DNA from: Hadesarchaea archaeon
GTDB taxonomy: Archaea; Hadarchaeota; Hadarchaeia; Hadarchaeales; Hadarchaeaceae
Length of the DNA stretch: 12,668 nucleotides
Direction: 5' to 3'
Assembly (NCBI GenBank): GCA_030619825.1
Contig: JAUXAS010000021.1
Location: 1 to 12,668 of the forward strand
Shown piece after piece: positions 8,611 to 12,668 of the stretch. Position 1 is the stretch's first letter, and every line of letters begins with the position of its first letter. The notes beneath the pieces are model-generated. The model was not told the origin of the DNA. It did no database searches and was given only the letters and a program-made list of their open reading frames with translations. The translations under genes were made by a program, and so were the position numbers.

Positions 8611-8739
8611 ACCTATGGTGCGGGGGACAGGATTTAAGCACCAATTTACTAGTAAAAATCTCTCTAAAACAGCTGATCTGCTTCAACAAGCCTGGGTGCG
8701 GTATTAGGAGTTTGAACCGACCCCTGAAGTGAGTTAGCT
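8611..8739. repeat. Junction repeat 2: 21-bp tRNA-Leu 3'-end copy (att-like) plus two further shared motifs
   Basis: 8614-8634 = 12563-12583; 8655-8683 matches 12524-12553 (25/30 by eye); 8698-8714 = 7728-7744. Confidence 0.85.
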
Positions 8740-8952
8740 TTCCAGCAGCACGCATTGCATGGGAGTATTGTTAAGATTCGCCGAAAGTCTTGTGGCAGTC
8801 TTCCTCCCTTAGCTCAGAGGAGGGGTAGAGAGTTGACAAATTGGCAATCTCTCGAGGAAGGGTGGCTGGATCCAGCTCGGCAAGCTGATCCGAGAGCTAC
8901 CGAGGCTAGATCCCATTTTCTGAACTGATAGTAGTCTTGAAGCATTTTTTTC

Positions 8953-11751
8953 TTACACTTCTATGCTGTCGCTTGTTTCCTCGTTTGCCTCTAAGTCATA
9001 TATCCACCCTTCTAGTACAACATTATCCACCGTGAAGGTGAATTCTCCACTAGCATTCTTGACGTATTTGGTTTCGAATGTTACTCGCCCATTAACATCG
9101 GTTACTCCAGAAACGTCGCCACTTCTAAGCCCACCCCAGTGACCGTATACTTTCGCACCTTCAACTGGGTTGTTGTCAGCATCGACGATAGTCACCGTTG
9201 CTATGGCATTCGTCCATGCGTTTGGTCCCCTATATATGGTTTCCTTTGACATATCGATGCTGGCAATATGCAACTTGGGCATCGTGGCCTCAACTGTTCC
9301 GGTCCATGCTTCGATCACTTGCCATGCAGCAGGAGCTTCAACTGTCCCGGTCCATGTTTCGATCAGCTGCCATTCGGCGATTGGGGCTTCTATCGTTCCA
9401 GTCCATGTCTCGATTAGCTGCCATGCAGCTGGGGCTTCGACCGTGCCCGTCCAGCCTTCAACTATTTGCCAAGCAGCTGGTGCCTCAACTGTTCCAGTCC
9501 ATGTCTCGATCAGCTGCCATTCAGCAGGGGCTTGGACCGTGCCTGTCCAAGTCTCGATCAGCCGCCACATAACCGGGGCTTTGATGGTTCCAGTCCAGGT
9601 CTCGATCGCCTGCCACTGAGCTGGAGCATTAACGGTTCCGGTCCATGTTTCTATTAGACTCCATTGAGCCGGAGCGCTAACGGTTCCTGTCCAGGTTTCT
9701 ACGACTTGCCATGCAGCTGAAGCTTGGATCGTGCCAGTCCATGTTTCAACTACCTGCCACGCAGCTGGGGCTTCGACCGTGCCCGCCCAGGTTTCGATGA
9801 GGTTCCATTGAGCAGGTGGGGCAGGGATTATCTCGAGCACCCAGGTGTTCTCCGACCAGTTGTCGCCCGCAGCGTTGTACGCACATACCTTCCACCAGTA
9901 GTTGTCCGGAGCCAGCCCGGGCAAGGGGACGTCGTAGTAGTTCTCGGTTATGAGCGTGACGTCGATCACGTTCTCGCCATCCGCGAAGTTGGGATCGTTG
10001 TCGACTACCAAGCGATGGTTCTCCGCGTTCGAGCCCTTGATCCATTCGAATCGTGGGGTGTTATCGTTGGTAATCGTTCCATCCGCTGGTGAATAAAGCG
10101 CGGGTTGGCCTGGAGGTTCTATGCCTAGCCCAGCGCTAATATCAAAGAAATAATTGCCAGACCCGGAGTAGGAGTAGACCTCAACCGTATAGGTCCCCAA
10201 CTTGGTGATGGACACACTTATTGTTTCCTGTCTCCTCACTCCGAGTGATGACGCAATTTTATTTCCATTTGGATCGTATAGATACAGATCAAAGTCCGGG
10301 TCAGTTTTCACCGGAGTTACCACTTTCCAGTCTGGTATGATTAAGGTTATTGCAATTGGGTAATTTGTATCGGTGACCTCGTACGGCCAGAGGTCGCTTT
10401 CCCCTTTGCCCCCTAAACTGTCTTCTTTATATTCATGCGCAGGGACCACAGGGCCGGTTCCCACAAAGTTCCCAGCAGTTTTGACGGCTTCGTACGAGTC
10501 TAATCGTCCTGCACCGTAGTCAATATCCTTGCCTGTATTATCCCAAGAAGAACCCCAATCTACAGCAGTACTCATGATGATGCTCTTAATGTCATTTGGG
10601 TGGTTATCAATCAGACCTGTGTTTGCATGTAACATGAGGGCTACTGTGCCAGACACAAATGGCGTTGACATACTTGTTCCACTCTTGCTCACATACCCGT
10701 TAGTGGACCCAGCCTCTGCTGCTGTCAGTGAAACTCCAGGTCCCACAACATCGGGCTTAATCCTCTCATCGGCTGTGGGGCCCCTACTAGAAAAGCTTGC
10801 TAAGTAGAAGCCGAGTTCACCCACATCAGCCATCGCACCCACGGTGATAGCATTCTCCGCAGCCGCGGGAGAGCCTATTGAGTATTTCTTAGGGCCTTCA
10901 TTTCCAGCTGCCACAACGGTTATAATCCCATTCTCAACAGCCTTGTTCACCAAAGTTGACGTGGAGTCTGTACCGTCAGAGCTTCCACTTATCCCTATGC
11001 TCATGCTGAGGACTTCGATGCCAAATTTTTCCTTGTTGTTGATGACCCATTGAATCCCTGCGTTTACATCGCTGATTGTCCCGCTACCCGTCTTGGCTAT
11101 TACTTTTACGCCCACTAGGGCTGCCCCTGGCGCAACACCTGTGTAAACTGAGTTGCCTTCACCAGTTCCCGCTGCGATTGAAGATACATGGGTTCCGTGA
11201 CCATGATCATCATATGGTTCTAGCTTACCGTTGACGAAATCCACCCATCCAATAACCTTACCCTCATCTAAATCGAAATGTGTCACGTCAATACCCGTAT
11301 CTATAATGGCAATGACGATATCATTCTCCGTGTAAATTGGCCATCCATTTTCTGTTGTCAGTCCGTCTAGATCTCCGTCAACGTCAAAATCGTAGACGGC
11401 GTTATCAACGCCAAACCAAACCGTGGCGGAGCCCAGCATGATATGGACAATTTTCTCGTCGTATTCAACTCCCTTGACAAATGGAATCTTGTCAAGAGCC
11501 TTTATTTGCCCCCCAGTTAAAGTAGCCGCGATACCAGGCAGATTTGGATACTCATATTTAACGTAAAATAGCCCAATTTTTTCAGTCACCTGAGCGATCC
11601 CAGCGGCTGGAGTTACACCATCGAAAATGATAATGACCCGAATCTCGTCAGTTGTTTCCGCCCGAACTGCCGTTATCGGCAGGGTGCCTATGAAAATACA
11701 TACGAAAATAATTGATGTGACAACCGAAGACTTCTTCGAATTAAAGTCCAT
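8953..11751 (-). CDS. Secreted S8 (subtilisin-like) serine protease with I9-like propeptide, PPC-like domain, Fn3/Ig-like domain, 11 Trp-rich repeats and a C-terminal Ig-like domain
   Basis: Signal peptide ending AVRA; catalytic IIDTG, HGHGTHV, AAGN (oxyanion) and GTSMS; DFDLYLYDPNG (PPC-like). Start is ATG 11751 or GTG 11754. Confidence 0.93.
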   Translation of the reverse strand: MDFNSKKSSVVTSIIFVCIFIGTLPITAVRAETTDEIRVIIIFDGVTPAAGIAQVTEKIGLFYVKYEYPNLPGIAATLTGGQIKALDKIPFVKGVEYDEKIVHIMLGSATVWFGVDNAVYDFDVDGDLDGLTTENGWPIYTENDIVIAIIDTGIDVTHFDLDEGKVIGWVDFVNGKLEPYDDHGHGTHVSSIAAGTGEGNSVYTGVAPGAALVGVKVIAKTGSGTISDVNAGIQWVINNKEKFGIEVLSMSIGISGSSDGTDSTSTLVNKAVENGIITVVAAGNEGPKKYSIGSPAAAENAITVGAMADVGELGFYLASFSSRGPTADERIKPDVVGPGVSLTAAEAGSTNGYVSKSGTSMSTPFVSGTVALMLHANTGLIDNHPNDIKSIIMSTAVDWGSSWDNTGKDIDYGAGRLDSYEAVKTAGNFVGTGPVVPAHEYKEDSLGGKGESDLWPYEVTDTNYPIAITLIIPDWKVVTPVKTDPDFDLYLYDPNGNKIASSLGVRRQETISVSITKLGTYTVEVYSYSGSGNYFFDISAGLGIEPPGQPALYSPADGTITNDNTPRFEWIKGSNAENHRLVVDNDPNFADGENVIDVTLITENYYDVPLPGLAPDNYWWKVCAYNAAGDNWSENTWVLEIIPAPPAQWNLIETWAGTVEAPAAWQVVETWTGTIQASAAWQVVETWTGTVSAPAQWSLIETWTGTVNAPAQWQAIETWTGTIKAPVMWRLIETWTGTVQAPAEWQLIETWTGTVEAPAAWQIVEGWTGTVEAPAAWQLIETWTGTIEAPIAEWQLIETWTGTVEAPAAWQVIEAWTGTVEATMPKLHIASIDMSKETIYRGPNAWTNAIATVTIVDADNNPVEGAKVYGHWGGLRSGDVSGVTDVNGRVTFETKYVKNASGEFTFTVDNVVLEGWIYDLEANEETSDSIEV
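9289..9819 (-). repeat. Intragenic tandem repeat, 11 x 48 bp (16 aa, consensus APAxWQLIETWTGTVE; one unit is 17 aa)
   Basis: Counted directly in the translated ORF. Confidence 0.95.
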
Positions 11752-11845
11752 CACATTATCACATCAACCTTTGATAACATACTCCCAAGCACGCGATAAA
11801 GCGTCTGCGAGAGAAGGGATAAGCGTAGGGAGTTTTTCGCTGCGC

Positions 11846-11944
11846 CTATAGACCTAGTAATGCTTCTAACGTCTTTACAGCTTGATCTACTGGAATACCC
11901 GCCGCTTGTAGTCCCTTCAAAATCGCCAAAGCTGCCTCCACCAT
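11846..11944 (-). CDS. Unannotated 32-aa peptide MVEAALAILKGLQAAGIPVDQAVKTLEALLGL
   Basis: ATG preceded by SD GAGGTG (11951-11956) and TATA-like TTATAAAA (about 11980-11987); ends in TAG; same strand as, and 95 nt upstream of, the subtilase. Confidence 0.62.
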   Translation of the reverse strand: MVEAALAILKGLQAAGIPVDQAVKTLEALLGL

Positions 11945-12032
11945 TATTCCCACCTCGTTTGAACTTTATACGCCATTTATTTTATAACTTGCTATCAGGG
12001 GTTTTATCTTTCAAAAGTCGAAAATCCGTAAA

Positions 12033-12134
12033 TTTATCTATGACTCGCTTTAGCTAAAATAACATCTATTTGGGGATTATCTTTGATTTAAGGGTCATAT
12101 ATAAAATTTGGGCAATTATAGAGTCATAGATAAA
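12033..12134. promoter_or_regulatory. Three copies of a 14-bp motif GRGTCATAKATAAA (one inverted); candidate protein-binding sites
   Basis: TTTATCTATGACTC (12033-12046) is the exact reverse complement of GAGTCATAGATAAA (12121-12134); GGGTCATATATAAA (12092-12105) matches 12/14. Confidence 0.5.
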
Positions 12135-12451
12135 AATTTAAGGTCTAATAGCCTCCAAATTTGCCAAAAGAGTTAAATGGGGTTTTAAAATTAATTGCTT
12201 GGAGGGAAAAAATGGGAAGGCCTCCGGTGTCTGGAACCGAAAGACTCTCGAAGATCAAGCTGTCGCTCGAAAGAGATCCCCAGTCCAGAACGGAGGCGTG
12301 ACCCGCAAAGTTTTTATGAGACTAAGTTATTTAAAAACAATACTAGGAATGTTATTTGGAATAATTCTTTCTAAACAAAAAATGCAAGATTTGTAGAAAT
12401 AGTGCTTACCCCATTAGAGCTTTCCCAAAGATATCTCGACTCAACTTTCCC

Positions 12452-12562
12452 AACCTAATTCTAACGTCCGCTGCCATATTAGGAGTTTTAGATTTAGGTT
12501 TGTACCCTCCTGAATCTTTCCGGAAAATCTCCTCTCAAACCGACGATCTGCTTTAGAATGAG
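12452..12562. repeat. Junction repeat 3, adjoining the tRNA-Leu 3' end
   Basis: Contains the motifs shared with 7732-7785 and 8655-8683, hairpin ATTAGGAG...CTCCTGAAT, palindrome TTTCCGGAAA and an inverted repeat at 12452-12464/12488-12500. Confidence 0.8.
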
Positions 12563-12564
12563 TA

Positions 12565-12652
12565 TGGTGCGGGGGACAGGATTCGAACCTGCGAACCCCT
12601 TCGGGACCAGACCCTAAATCTGGCGCCTTTGACCTGACTTGGCTACCCCCGC
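12565..12652 (-). tRNA. tRNA-Leu(TAG), CCA encoded
   Basis: Acceptor GCGGGGG/CCCCCGC-A-CCA; anticodon arm CCAGA-TTTAGGG-TCTGG; long variable arm CCC-GAA-GGG; T arm GCAGG-TTCGAAT-CCTGT; 88 nt. Confidence 0.97.
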
Positions 12653-12668
12653 CCAGTCAGATTTCGTC

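Larger units (their letters stand above)
7716..12583. mobile_element. Integrase-less genomic island (two stacked modules) inserted at the 3' end of tRNA-Leu(TAG)
   Basis: Direct repeats of the tRNA 3' end: 21 bp TATGGTGCGGGGGACAGGATT at 8614-8634 and 12563-12583, and 10 bp ACCTATGGTG at 7716-7725 and 8611-8620. The cargo is visibly more AT-rich than the r-protein genes and separates tRNA-Leu from rpl18e. Confidence 0.78.

Noticed and set aside
9289..9819. 48-bp periodic repeats as a CRISPR array
   Set aside because: In-frame coding repeats with synonymous variation, no unique spacers and no cas genes.
154..11851. Short antisense or overlapping ORFs in the ORF track
   Set aside because: They are shadows of well-supported genes, with no independent motifs or translation signals.
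11823..11900. A fourth attC-like junction (TTCTAACGTC, GGGAGTTT and GGAATACC words)
   Set aside because: The words are out of order relative to the other junctions and mostly lie inside the 32-aa ORF.
11877..12263. 12-bp inverted repeat ACAGCTTGATCT/AGATCAAGCTGT
   Set aside because: Several 12-mer matches are expected by chance in 12.7 kb, and there is no supporting structure.
12199..12396. 65-aa + strand ORF as a gene or integrase remnant
   Set aside because: TTG start, no recognisable motif and no R-H-R-Y residues; a decayed fragment cannot be excluded.

Overview
Archaeal chromosomal segment; a Hadarchaeota-like or other deep euryarchaeal lineage is a guess, not shown by the sequence. Left: nadX-nadA (de novo NAD synthesis, - strand), divergent from an AbrB-type regulator plus an RND/MMPL transporter (+). 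Centre: the conserved rpl18e-rpl13-rps9-rpoN-tRNA-Pro cluster (-), here with a form III RuBisCO between rpoN and a tRNA-Pro(GGG) that carries a 17-nt intron at non-canonical position 32/33. rps9 appears to start at CTG. Right: tRNA-Leu(TAG) is separated from rpl18e by about 4.8 kb of accessory DNA that lacks an integrase and is made of two stacked modules. One carries arsM; the other carries a secreted subtilase with 11 Trp-rich 16-aa repeats plus an unannotated 32-aa ORF. Each module is bounded by a copy of the tRNA 3' end and by a recurring hairpin with one extra G that resembles an attC site. This candidate tRNA-anchored gene-cassette array is the most interesting structure in the window.
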